Position numbers and translations under genes: made by a program
The notes under the pieces: generated by a model
Told to the model about the DNA's origin: nothing
What the model saw: only the letters and a program-made list of their open reading frames with translations
Databases searched by the model: none
Source: an uncultured Acidimicrobiia bacterium
GTDB lineage: Bacteria > Acidobacteriota > Terriglobia > Versatilivoradales > Versatilivoraceae
Direction of reading: 5' to 3'
Assembly (NCBI GenBank): GCA_963786955.1
Contig: CAWBAT010000005.1
Span: 1,164,127-1,228,126, forward strand
Length of the DNA: 64,000 nucleotides
Shown here: one piece after another, positions 54,530 through 63,928 of the stretch
Position numbering within the stretch: position 1 is the stretch's first letter
Layout of the letters: the number at the start of each line of letters is the position of its first letter

Positions 54530-55214
54530 ATGAATATTCTCTGTATTGATACGTCCTCCAGTGCCGGAAGCGTCGTTCTCGTTTGTGGAGAAAGAGTTCT
54601 TGGAGAACTTCATGTGGATTCACTACAGACTCATTCTGCCCGCTTATTATCGGGGATCGACGCAGTTCTCAAGAGCGCCAATCAGACGATATCCAACGTG
54701 GATGGGTTTGCCGTGATCTCTGGGCCGGGGTCATTTACGGGGATTCGCATCGGGCTGACCACAGTGAAGGGATTGGCGGATTCAATGCGGAAACCCGCCA
54801 TCCCGATAACGTCATTTGAGGCATGGGTCGAGAAACATCACGATCTTCAAGGCATCCTGGTTCCGCTCATTCCGGCACGTCGTGGCGAGGTCTACGCATG
54901 TGTTTACGAACGTCGGGGATCAGAATTAAAGATGCTTTCGGACGGGATCGGAGGAGAAGTGGCAAGTGTCATTGCACAGATTTCGGAGGCAGAAGTCAGT
55001 TTCATTGGTTTTGGTGCCCACCAATATCGAGAAATCATCGAGGGAAGAGGAAGAGGGCAATGGAAGATTTTTGCGACGGATCTCTTTCTAGGACAACCTA
55101 TGGCTCGGATTGCATATCAGCGCGCCACCAAGAAAAGAATTTTGCTCTGCGCAAGACCTGGCTGCTTTCTACTTGCGACAGTCTGACGCGGAGATTCACT
55201 GGAAAGAAAGGTAA
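54530..55214 (+). CDS. tsaB: tRNA t6A biosynthesis protein TsaB (YeaZ) with frameshift in the last ~25 codons
   Basis: N-terminus MNILCIDTSSSAGSVVL...GPGSFTGIRIG. The conserved C-terminal end DLAAFYLRQSDAEIHWKER is in the +1 frame, shifted at an A4/T4 stretch near 55133-55143. TAATG overlap with rimI. Confidence 0.8.
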
Positions 55215-55726
55215 TGGTTTCCGTTCGACCCATGCAGGAAGAAGATATTCCAGGCATTATCGCCCTTGAAAATAGCTGGGATTATCTGAGCAAGTGGGGA
55301 GAGCAAGGATACCGTGCAGCACTGGCGAACCCAATCATCTATTATTGTTTTGTGGCTGAAGAGGAAGGGGTTGCGGTTCCAGAAGGGCCAGCGCACGAAT
55401 TGGCAGGCTTGGCCATCTTCGCACAGTTGTTTGATCATAGTGAAATCTGCAATATTGTAGTGGCCCGTCAGTACTTGTCCAAAGGTGTCGGACAAGAATT
55501 GATTCAGGCGTGTATTCGGCTCTCCGAAAAAATGGGTCTTTCGCCTATGCTTTTGGAAGTTAGGCAGTCCAATGAACGGGCCATTCGGTTTTATGAAAAA
55601 AATGGTTTCCACAAAATTGCCGAGCGTAAGGATTACTATATGGATCCAAGAGAAAACGCTTGGGTGATGGAGAGGACAATCCAAGCGGCAGGTACTGACG
55701 GACAACGCCAGGCTACTCAATTATGA
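55214..55726 (+). CDS. rimI: Ribosomal-protein-alanine N-acetyltransferase (GNAT)
   Basis: GNAT fold motifs (ICNIVVARQYLSKGVGQELIQ, FYEKNGF). Conserved tsaB-rimI linkage. Confidence 0.8.
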   Translation: MVSVRPMQEEDIPGIIALENSWDYLSKWGEQGYRAALANPIIYYCFVAEEEGVAVPEGPAHELAGLAIFAQLFDHSEICNIVVARQYLSKGVGQELIQACIRLSEKMGLSPMLLEVRQSNERAIRFYEKNGFHKIAERKDYYMDPRENAWVMERTIQAAGTDGQRQATQL

Positions 55727-55920
55727 ACGAACGAGGAACCCACACAGCAGGGTGGTGGGCCTCATCCAGAAGAACGGGCTTTCTTTCTTTGTCCAAGCTC
55801 TACCTCGGTAGGAGAAGAGTAGGAGGTGTGGAAGACTGCGGGCTCCGCCATGGATTCCCCCGTTGATAGAAAGTGTGCATTATGACTTGTTTTTGCAATC
55901 GAGCTGAGGAGGAAGCTACC

Positions 55921-56121
55921 ATGAGCGGGAAGCAGAAGCCATTGTCGATGATGCGGAGAAGAGGTAATGGGCTTCGGGGAGTGCCTTCTCACTGTCCTGA
56001 ATGGCGGGAACGCAGTCTCGAATCTCTTGCACCCATGAGCTCGCGCCCGATTCTCAAATTTTCCAAGGGTCGGGCACAGATCTTGGCGGTATCGGCACGA
56101 CAGTCGAGCCGTTCTTTGTGA
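55921..56121 (+). CDS. Candidate small basic ORF (66 aa) with strong Shine-Dalgarno; no recognisable family
   Basis: GAGGAGG 8 nt upstream of ATG in an otherwise unassigned ~400 bp gap. No homology recognised, and the region is frameshift-prone. Confidence 0.3.
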   Translation: MSGKQKPLSMMRRRGNGLRGVPSHCPEWRERSLESLAPMSSRPILKFSKGRAQILAVSARQSSRSL

Positions 56122-56125
56122 AATG

Positions 56126-56455
56126 TTATCTCTTGACTTGTGCAGGTTCGACCACGGCGGACATCGATCCCCGACAATGCGGGATTCTTTGATCAGGCCC
56201 GTAGGCATGAACCTGATCGCGGCCAAATTCCGCCTCTTTTAGGCTGCAGGTGACGAGGATCGTTCGCCCGGTTAAATCCACTTCCATAGCGTGGCTGAAG
56301 GCTTCCTGAGTTGAAAAATAGAATAGGAACTGCAACATCTCAATAACATAGTCGTAGCTGTGGTCATCGTCATTAAGGAGAACCACGTTGTAGAGAGGTT
56401 CTGCCGCGGGTTGCTTTTGGGTTCGAGTGTCTTTGTCGGCCTTGGTGGATGGCAT
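56126..56455 (-). CDS. clpS: ATP-dependent Clp protease adaptor ClpS
   Basis: YNVVLLNDDDHSYDYVIEMLQFLF core motif of ClpS. 109 aa. Confidence 0.8.
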   Translation of the reverse strand: MPSTKADKDTRTQKQPAAEPLYNVVLLNDDDHSYDYVIEMLQFLFYFSTQEAFSHAMEVDLTGRTILVTCSLKEAEFGRDQVHAYGPDQRIPHCRGSMSAVVEPAQVKR

Positions 56456-56713
56456 CGTTCAGGCTGGCAGGAAGAATCACTACTAAATTCATGCATCGAA
56501 ACACACTCACATCATAAAACAGCTTATCAGTCAGGTAAAGAACGGTGTCATCAGCAACAGGTTCTTTTTAAATGAACTCAAACTTGTTGCACGAAACTTT
56601 ACAATTCAACTACCGTGGCCTGGTAAAATGAAAGTACTTTTAGGTGTGAAATTCATTTCGTGATTCAATCGGTACTGTTCCATTTGCCGTTAGTCCCTAA
56701 AGGAGGACTTTCA

Positions 56714-57946
56714 ATGCTGGACAAAAAGATTGGCCGTCGAAAATTCGTCAAAAATGTTTCCATGGCCGGGGCTTCAGCAGTTATAGCCACTTCGCGTACA
56801 AGACCCGTTCTCGGCGCCAATGATCGTGTCGTGATGGGAATCATCGGTTCGGGCGGCATGGGCCGGAATCATCTGAATAAAACCAAGACTCTGGGAGTGG
56901 AATGGGTTGCTGTAGCCGACGTCTACGATGTCAATCTTCAAAAGGGGCTCGAGATTGCTGGTCCTGCCGCGAAGGGTTATACGGATTATCGACAATTACT
57001 AGACCGAAAAGATATCGATGCCGTGTTGATCGCTACCCCCGAACACTGGCATCATGATCATCTTCTTGCCGCTCTCAAGGCTGGTAAGGATGCGTATTCC
57101 GAAAAACCAATGTCCTGGTCGATCGAGCAAGGATTGGACATGGTCAATGCAGTTCGCAAGACCGATCGAATCGTTCAAATCGGGATGCAGCGGCGAAGTT
57201 CCCCCCTAGTCCGTGAAGCAAAGGCGATTATTGACGAAGGACTTATCGGGGAAATCAATCTGGTCCGAGCAGAGTGGTATTGGAATATTCCAATGCTTAG
57301 TCGAGATCCCACGCTGCCTGGCAAACTTGATTGGGATGCATTTCTGGGGCCTGCCCCGAAGATCCCTTTCGACGCCATTCGCTTCAGGAATTGGCGATTC
57401 TTTTGGGATTACTCGGGCGGAAACATGACGGATCAGGGTACCCATTTGCTCGATGTCATTCAATGGTTCAACAATGTTGAACAACCCATTGCAGCTCAAA
57501 CATACGGCACCGTTTACAAACTCCAGCCTTCTCAGACCCCAGACACATTTTGCGCGATATTCGAATTTCCCAAATTCATGTGTACCTGGACCCTAGCCTA
57601 CATGAACACATTCATGAAAGGTTGGGGGGTTGTCTTTCAAGGACAGAAAGGAACTCTGGAATTGTCCGAAGATGGATATCGCGTCTTTGCTGAACCCTGG
57701 AGCGAGAAAGGCTACGATCGATTTAAGACGCCGACTCCGATCCGGCAAAATCTCGCGGGTGGAGCGACCGATACCCTTCCCCATTGGGCAAACTTCCTGG
57801 AATGTGTCAAATCTCGAAAGCAGCCAAATGCGACGGTTGAAATTGGGTTCCGTGCGGTGAGGCCATTGCATCTGGCGAATATCGCCCAGCATAATTTGAA
57901 TCGAGCAGAGCTCGGGGCAGATGGTTATTCCGTAAGATTATCATAA
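56714..57946 (+). CDS. Twin-arginine-exported Gfo/Idh/MocA-family oxidoreductase
   Basis: AGGAGG Shine-Dalgarno then ATG. TAT signal GRRKFVKNVSMAGASAV. Rossmann MGIIGSGGMGRNH and Gfo/Idh/MocA C-terminal domain. Confidence 0.8.
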   Translation: MLDKKIGRRKFVKNVSMAGASAVIATSRTRPVLGANDRVVMGIIGSGGMGRNHLNKTKTLGVEWVAVADVYDVNLQKGLEIAGPAAKGYTDYRQLLDRKDIDAVLIATPEHWHHDHLLAALKAGKDAYSEKPMSWSIEQGLDMVNAVRKTDRIVQIGMQRRSSPLVREAKAIIDEGLIGEINLVRAEWYWNIPMLSRDPTLPGKLDWDAFLGPAPKIPFDAIRFRNWRFFWDYSGGNMTDQGTHLLDVIQWFNNVEQPIAAQTYGTVYKLQPSQTPDTFCAIFEFPKFMCTWTLAYMNTFMKGWGVVFQGQKGTLELSEDGYRVFAEPWSEKGYDRFKTPTPIRQNLAGGATDTLPHWANFLECVKSRKQPNATVEIGFRAVRPLHLANIAQHNLNRAELGADGYSVRLS

Positions 57947-58181
57947 TTGGGGCCTTGTACTACCTGGTCCACTGCAAATTCATAATTTGAGGGTAAGTCT
58001 AGAGGGTGTCGGGTTTCTACTCTTGCCTAGGATTAGTACCGTGGTCGGCAATTGCACGCGACGTTTTTTGTCTCCTGCGGATTGGGTGTGCTTGCAAATC
58101 TGGAAAATCCCGTTAAGATAATCTATCCCATTCAAGGATACGTTTGCCCCTGAAGACGAAACCTAAAGGAGAGTACTTAAA

Positions 58182-58615
58182 TTGCGATATCCTGAAGATT
58201 TTATTGGCCCAATGCGAAAAGAACTGACTCGCCTTGGGGTTATTGAAACAAAAACCCCTGAGGAAGTGGACAAGCTAATAGCTCCTGGAAGCGGTATAGT
58301 GATGATGATTGTTAATTCGATGTGTGGCTGTGCAGCCGGAGGCGCGCGCCCTGGGATCGCCTTGGCATTGCAACATTCGGTTTTGCCCGATAAGGTCGCG
58401 ACCGTTTTCGCGGGCGGCGATGTTGAAGCGACGGCCAGAGTTCGTGAACACCTGAAAGAATTACCCCCCCTCCTCCCCTTCTGTGGCACTGTTTCAAGAT
58501 GGGAAGCCGCTATTCATGTTGCACCGCCATCAGATTGAGGGTCGCGATCCGGTAGCGATTGCCAATTCTTTGACTCAGGCTTTCGATGAACTCTGCGTGA
58601 AAGAGCCAAAGTAAC
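58182..58615 (+). CDS. Bacilliredoxin-family (DUF1094, CGC-motif) thiol-disulfide protein; C-terminus out of frame after a C7 run
   Basis: SMCGCAAGGARP active-site region. After the C7 homopolymer at 58464-58470, the +1 frame encodes the expected PPSSPSVALFQDGKPLFMLHRHQIEGRD... tail ending at 58615. Confidence 0.7.
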
Positions 58616-58715
58616 GAAGTGGGACATTAATTCCTTTGATATTGGTCTGCAATTCCCATAGACTAAATTTGATGGATTAGGCTCCCCTGTTGGACTTTTG
58701 TTGTAGGAGGTTACC

Positions 58716-58889
58716 ATGCTAGGCGGAAAAATCGGTCTTCCTGAATTGATTATCATACTGGCAATTGTCTTTTTTCTGTTTGGTGCAAAGCGATTACCCG
58801 AAATTGGCAAAGGGATAGGGGAAGGGATCAAGAACTTCAAGGGTGCAATGAAAAAAGACGAGAAGGACCTCCAGGAGAACAAAGATTAG
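58716..58889 (+). CDS. tatA: Twin-arginine translocase subunit TatA/E (57 aa; below the ORF-track cutoff)
   Basis: AGGAGG 6 nt upstream of [52 protein letters not shown] is a canonical TatA sequence. Confidence 0.8.
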   Translation: MLGGKIGLPELIIILAIVFFLFGAKRLPEIGKGIGEGIKNFKGAMKKDEKDLQENKD

Positions 58890-58967
58890 AATGGATTTTG
58901 AGAGTACCAGCCCTGGACCTTCCCTCCCATTGAGAAAACCTCAGTAGAATATCGCATCTGCCAGGTG

Positions 58968-60692
58968 TCAAGTCGCTTTCAGCGCGACAATCGTTTGATC
59001 ATCATATTTCCTGTTATCCAGCGAAAACTGCTCAATCTCCGAGAGGATTTTATCTACTAATCTCTTCACTGGAAGGGACGAGTAGCGCGCCACGGCTTCT
59101 TTTAGGCGATCCACTCCGAATTCCTCTGCCCGCAGATCCCTGGCTTCGAGCAAGCCATCAGTATAGAAAATCACACAATCGCCTGGATTTAGCGCGACCT
59201 TAATTTCTCGGTATTCCGCTTCATCGAAAAGACCCAAGGGAAACCCTTGAACGGAGAGAACCTCGGCCTTTCCTCCCCGGCATACAATGAGCGGAGGGGA
59301 TCCGGCGTTGGAGTACTTGAGGATCCGGGTATTCCCATTATAGATTGCATAAGAGAGGCTCATAAAGCGCCCCTCGATGGCGCGCTGTCGTAACGAGATG
59401 TTCATGAGCCGCAACATTTCTGCTGGCGAATACTTTCGCCCAGCTCGGGTTCGCAAAATGCCGCTGGCAACAGCACCATAGAGGGCTGCAGGTGCTCCCT
59501 TGCCGGATACGTCGCCAATGGCAATAGCGACTGTATCGTCGTCATAAGAGAAAAAGTCGTAAAGATCCCCCCCTAGAATCCGGGCAGGGCGGAATTCTGC
59601 AAAAAAGGTTGTATTAGGGATTTCGGGATACTTGTCGGGAATGAGGGAATATTGAATTTCGCGGGCAAATTTCAGCTCACGATCCAGCAAGGCTTCGGCT
59701 GCGACCACTCTCTCATATAGTCTGGCGTTTTCAATTGCGACCGCCACATGGCTTGCCAATGCCATGAGGGTCTCCTCATGAAAGGGTGTGAAGTAGTTCA
59801 GGAATGGACTTTGGAGATCGAAAACACCGATGGCTTTGTCTTTGTAGATCAGCGGGATGACAAGCTCTGAACGTGTTTCTGGAGTAACGCTGATATAGCG
59901 AGGATCTTTGGTCACGTCATTGATGAGAAGAGGACGCTTTTTCGTGACCGCGGTCCCGACGAGCCCTTTTCCCAATGGGATTCTCGATTTCTCCTTGGCA
60001 TCACGATTGTACTTCACGGAAAGCCAGGATCGAAGCACCTGCTCTTCTTCGTCCACGAGCAGGATAGAAAAGATGTGGTAGTGAAAGACCCGGCGGAGCT
60101 GCTCCGCGACTTTCTTCAGAAGTTGTTCGAGATCAAGAATCGAGGAGAGTTCTTTCCCGATCTCGTTGAGAGTTTCAAGCATCTCACTCTTTGATACAAG
60201 ACTCTCATAGAGGAGCGCATTGTCAATAGCGACAGCCAGTTGGGATGCTAACAGGGTTAAGACTCTCTGGTGATAGGGTTGGAAATAATTGGGCTGGGGA
60301 CTTTCGATGTCCAGAACTCCGACCAGGCGATTCCTCGAGAGCAAAGGAATCGCGAGCTCAGAGCGGACGCCTTCAATCAGATCAATGTAACGAGAATCTC
60401 GGGTTACGTCAGGGACCAAAATCGGTTCACGGCGTAACGCAGCGGTGCCTACCAAACCTTCTCCAATTTTGATGTGCGTCCCTTTAACATTGTCAGGGTA
60501 TCCCAAAGTAAATCGCCAATAGAGGTCCTTCCGGATTTCGTCGACCAGTAGAATAGCGAAAATCTGGTAGTCGATGAACCGGCGGGTAGTTTCGGCGATC
60601 TTCTCCATAAGTTCGTCGAGGGAAAGAATTGAATTGATTTCTCGACCCACTTCGAAAATCAGCTCAAACAGGTTCTCTTGGTTCGTGGTCAA
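58968..60692 (-). CDS. GAF-GAF-PP2C (SpoIIE/RsbU-like) serine phosphatase
   Basis: Two GAF domains (GEGLVGTAALRREP and GKGLVGTAVTKKRP) followed by a PP2C/SpoIIE domain (GGDLYDF...IGDVSGKG...FYTDGLLEA). Confidence 0.85.
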   Translation of the reverse strand: MTTNQENLFELIFEVGREINSILSLDELMEKIAETTRRFIDYQIFAILLVDEIRKDLYWRFTLGYPDNVKGTHIKIGEGLVGTAALRREPILVPDVTRDSRYIDLIEGVRSELAIPLLSRNRLVGVLDIESPQPNYFQPYHQRVLTLLASQLAVAIDNALLYESLVSKSEMLETLNEIGKELSSILDLEQLLKKVAEQLRRVFHYHIFSILLVDEEEQVLRSWLSVKYNRDAKEKSRIPLGKGLVGTAVTKKRPLLINDVTKDPRYISVTPETRSELVIPLIYKDKAIGVFDLQSPFLNYFTPFHEETLMALASHVAVAIENARLYERVVAAEALLDRELKFAREIQYSLIPDKYPEIPNTTFFAEFRPARILGGDLYDFFSYDDDTVAIAIGDVSGKGAPAALYGAVASGILRTRAGRKYSPAEMLRLMNISLRQRAIEGRFMSLSYAIYNGNTRILKYSNAGSPPLIVCRGGKAEVLSVQGFPLGLFDEAEYREIKVALNPGDCVIFYTDGLLEARDLRAEEFGVDRLKEAVARYSSLPVKRLVDKILSEIEQFSLDNRKYDDQTIVALKAT

Positions 60693-61073
60693 GGAGAGCT
60701 ATCCTTCTTGCCTCAACGGCATCATGGGTCTATCTGGCCTGGTATTCTTCTCAGACAAGCGTGGTTTTAAACCGTCCTTAGGAAAATACATCCCGCCAAC
60801 CCATTTGAAAAGAGGAGAATGGAAACACAGGGACGGGCGTGGACTCCTGAGGGTACTTGGCTACCATTCGCGGGGATGATCGATTCGGGATGCATAGAAA
60901 CGGTTTCTCTGCTTGTATTTGCCTTCTTCTAAGTTTCAGGAGTCCGTGCTGCAACTGGTCCCACTGGGGTCATCGTTCCCAGCTAGAGCCGTCCATCCCA
61001 ATGGGTACAACTTAGCTAGGCTACCCACGAACGAAATACCGGCTGAGAGCCAAGAAGTAAGGGACGGAACGCT

Positions 61074-61742
61074 CTAAAGAGCACAACTGCAGTCACCCGG
61101 AATGGCGACTAGGCTACTCCTCAATAATTGATTTTCCAACTCTTCGATTCTGGTGACTCGATACTGATAGCGATCTCCATCGAATGATGTGTTGAGCCAG
61201 GTTGAGAGGATTAATTTCATTTGGTCGATGGAATTGGCTTCAGGGCTTAAAGCCAGGAAATTGGCATCATCATATTTGCGGGAATTACTGGCGCTCAACC
61301 GGTCATAGCACAATGCGGCTCGAATTCCAGGCATCTTATTGGCCAGGATATAAGACCCGGTGCCGGCGCTCTCAATGGCTACCGCCCGATGTGCCTCTCC
61401 AATACTCACGGCAGTGGCAACTCTTAGCTCGGCTGAGGGGCAACGGCTGTTGTCCTGAAGGTCGTCACCACAATCCAGGACCACATACCCATCTCTTTCG
61501 AGAAACTCACCTAATTGCGATTTCAGCGCCCCACACTCCTTATCGCTACTCATGGCGATGCACTTGCTACGAGGTTTCAGATCCAAAATAGTTGCAAGGT
61601 TCTCACACTCAATAATTGTGCTTTGTCGTTGGACTGCTAATTCGCGGGCCAGCGCAGTCACAATAGTCCCTTTTATTACATAACAAGGACTTCCAGGTAA
61701 GAGGTTACTAATGTCATCCCCAGTGAGAACTTGATTTTTCAT
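61074..61742 (-). CDS. RpiB/LacA/LacB-family sugar-phosphate isomerase with ~60 aa N-terminal extension
   Basis: RpiB core ([33 protein letters not shown]...[21 protein letters not shown]). The N-terminal extension is unassigned. Confidence 0.7.
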   Translation of the reverse strand: MKNQVLTGDDISNLLPGSPCYVIKGTIVTALARELAVQRQSTIIECENLATILDLKPRSKCIAMSSDKECGALKSQLGEFLERDGYVVLDCGDDLQDNSRCPSAELRVATAVSIGEAHRAVAIESAGTGSYILANKMPGIRAALCYDRLSASNSRKYDDANFLALSPEANSIDQMKLILSTWLNTSFDGDRYQYRVTRIEELENQLLRSSLVAIPGDCSCAL

Positions 61743-62287
61743 TCTTCCTCAAAATGGAAATGGTCGTCAAATTTCGGAACTTCTGGGCATAATCCAGTCC
61801 ATACCCAACGACAAACTCATCAGGAATCTCAAAGCCCACATAGGTGGCTGCTACATCTTTGGTTCTTCGGGACCGCTTACTTAAAAGAGTGCAGATGTTC
61901 AGGGAATTCGGACCGCGTGTCCAGAGATAACGAGACAAATAAATCAAGTGTCAGGCCGGTGTCCAGAATGTCCTCCACGATCAAGACTTCTCTCCCTTGA
62001 ATCGTAGAATCCAGATCTTTGACGATTCTGACCTCGCCGGAGGAGCGCTGACTTTCCTTATAACTAGAAACCGCCATGAAATCCAAAGTAGTGTTTTTGG
62101 GCAAATATCGGATCAAGTCCGCCAGAAAAATACAAGCACCTTTAAGGATGCAGATCAGATGCAGCTGCTTCCCCGTATAGTCGTCCGTTATCCGGATTCC
62201 TAATTCTTTGACTTTGGCCTGGATTTGTTGCGCGTCGATTAGAACATCTAGTTGAGTTGACACCTCAAGGGTATCAGGCGTCATCAT
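61714..62287 (-). pseudogene. hpt: Hypoxanthine phosphoribosyltransferase split into two frames
   Basis: The N-terminal 136 aa includes PRTase motif [14 protein letters not shown]. The conserved C-terminus (ICTLLSK..RR...[18 protein letters not shown]) is in another frame. Confidence 0.8.
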
Positions 62288-62455
62288 TAAACCCCAGATA
62301 TATTTGATGCCCGAATTATTCTACTGTATCCTATCCGTAATCGTGGTGCAAGCCGGACGCGCAGGAAGGCAGCTTGACAATGATCAGGCGCTCTTCTTAT
62401 CATGCCATGGCGATTGAGTATTAAGAATAATTCCGCAGCGAAGGAGCAATCGGTA

Positions 62456-62826
62456 ATGATCAAGAAAGTGAGCTTAATAATCGGTTGTCTGTTCGTGGCG
62501 GTTTCCATGGCCGGAACATTGCCCAAGGGAAGAAAGTGACTTTTGCCGGTTACCTGCTGGATCAAATGTGTGGTGCAGAGGTGAAGGACACGGCCAAGGC
62601 TGCAGAACACTCAAAGGAATGCGCCCTCATGGATCACTGCGTTGCAGCGGGCTATGGGATCTTCGCCGAAGGGAAGTTTATCAAGTTCGATGCCCAGGGT
62701 AACAAGAAAGCCAAGGCATTCCTTGAGAGTAGTAAAAAGGAAAAAGGCATTCTGGTTATCTTGGAAGGAAATCTTAATGGTGACGTCTTGACGGTCTCGG
62801 CGATAAAGGAAAGGGGTGTTAAGTAG
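62456..62826 (+). CDS. Small secreted hypothetical protein; signal peptide and mature part are in different frames
   Basis: AAGGAG Shine-Dalgarno then ATG gives MIKKVSLIIGCLFVAVSMAG... which hits a stop after 27 codons. The mature region GKKVTFAGYLLDQMCGAEV...ILVILEGNLNGDVLTV continues in the +2 frame. Confidence 0.45.
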
Positions 62827-63085
62827 GGGTATCGTGCTGTGGCCTGGCTGAATGTTTATCTGTGGCTCCCTCTTGCTTTGAGTTTTGAAACATGAATTTG
62901 TTCTTGATCAGTAGCGGCCAGACTTAAATCCCGTGTGAAGTTGCCTTGGTTCGAGAATTTTCTTTCTCCTGTGAGAGCCAAGGGAAGTGTGTTAATCAAG
63001 GAAGAGTTGGTTTTTTCTTCGCCAAAACCTGAATGAAAGATTCTGTTAAGTAGCCTGATTTTAAGAAACGGAGGAGGTCTTTTTT

Positions 63086-63928
63086 ATGCCCTGGTTTAAG
63101 AAGAGCCAGACTCCCATCGTCCAGATTGGAGACAAAACCGTACGAACGGAAGGACTTTGGACGAAGTGCGATCAGTGCAAACAGATCATCTGGAAAAAAG
63201 ATTTGGAAGCCAACCAAAACGTCTGTCCAGGATGCAACTTTCACTTTAAAATCTCGGCACGAGAAAGGTTACGGCTGTTGTTAGATGGTGCAATTTACAA
63301 ACAGTTCGACGAACGCCTTGTGTCCAATGACCCTCTCCATTTTGTGGACAAGAAACCCTATAAAAGGCGCCTGGAAGAGATGGCCCGGGCAACCGGGCTC
63401 AAAGATGCTGTCATTTCAGCAGAAGGTAAATTAGGGGGGAAGCCGATTTTCGTTTGCGCGATGGAAGCCGCCTTTATCAGCGGATCGATGGGATCTGTCG
63501 TCGGGGAAGTCATCACTCGGGCGATCGAGCGATCCATCGAAAAAAAATATCCTCTGATCATTGTGGCTTGCTCTGGAGGCGCAAGGATGCAGGAAGGCGC
63601 ATTGAGCCTTATGCAAATGGCGAAAATTAGCTCAGCTTTGGCCCGCTTAGACGATGTCAAAGTGCCTTATATCTCGGTGCTTACGGATCCGACAACCGGA
63701 GGAGTCACGGCCAGTTTTGCTATGTTGGGGGATATCATTATCGCTGAACCTGGAGCGCTCATTGGATTTGCGGGACCTCGGGTGATTGAGCAGACCATCC
63801 GACAAAAACTACCGGAAGGTTTCCAGCGCAGCGAGTTCCTTCTAAATCACGGGATGATCGATGCTATTGTGAATCGAAAAGACCTGAAGGAGTATCTGAT
63901 AAAATCCCTTAGATTCTTCGGCCATTAA
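63086..63928 (+). CDS. accD: Acetyl-CoA carboxylase carboxyltransferase subunit beta
   Basis: N-terminal zinc ribbon (CDQCKQ...CPGCNFH) and carboxyltransferase domain (GGARMQEGALSLMQMAK). Confidence 0.9.
   Translation: MPWFKKSQTPIVQIGDKTVRTEGLWTKCDQCKQIIWKKDLEANQNVCPGCNFHFKISARERLRLLLDGAIYKQFDERLVSNDPLHFVDKKPYKRRLEEMARATGLKDAVISAEGKLGGKPIFVCAMEAAFISGSMGSVVGEVITRAIERSIEKKYPLIIVACSGGARMQEGALSLMQMAKISSALARLDDVKVPYISVLTDPTTGGVTASFAMLGDIIIAEPGALIGFAGPRVIEQTIRQKLPEGFQRSEFLLNHGMIDAIVNRKDLKEYLIKSLRFFGH

Noticed and set aside
55762-56226. 154-aa minus-strand ORF overlapping clpS
   Set aside because: Overlaps the well-supported clpS in another frame and has no family resemblance.
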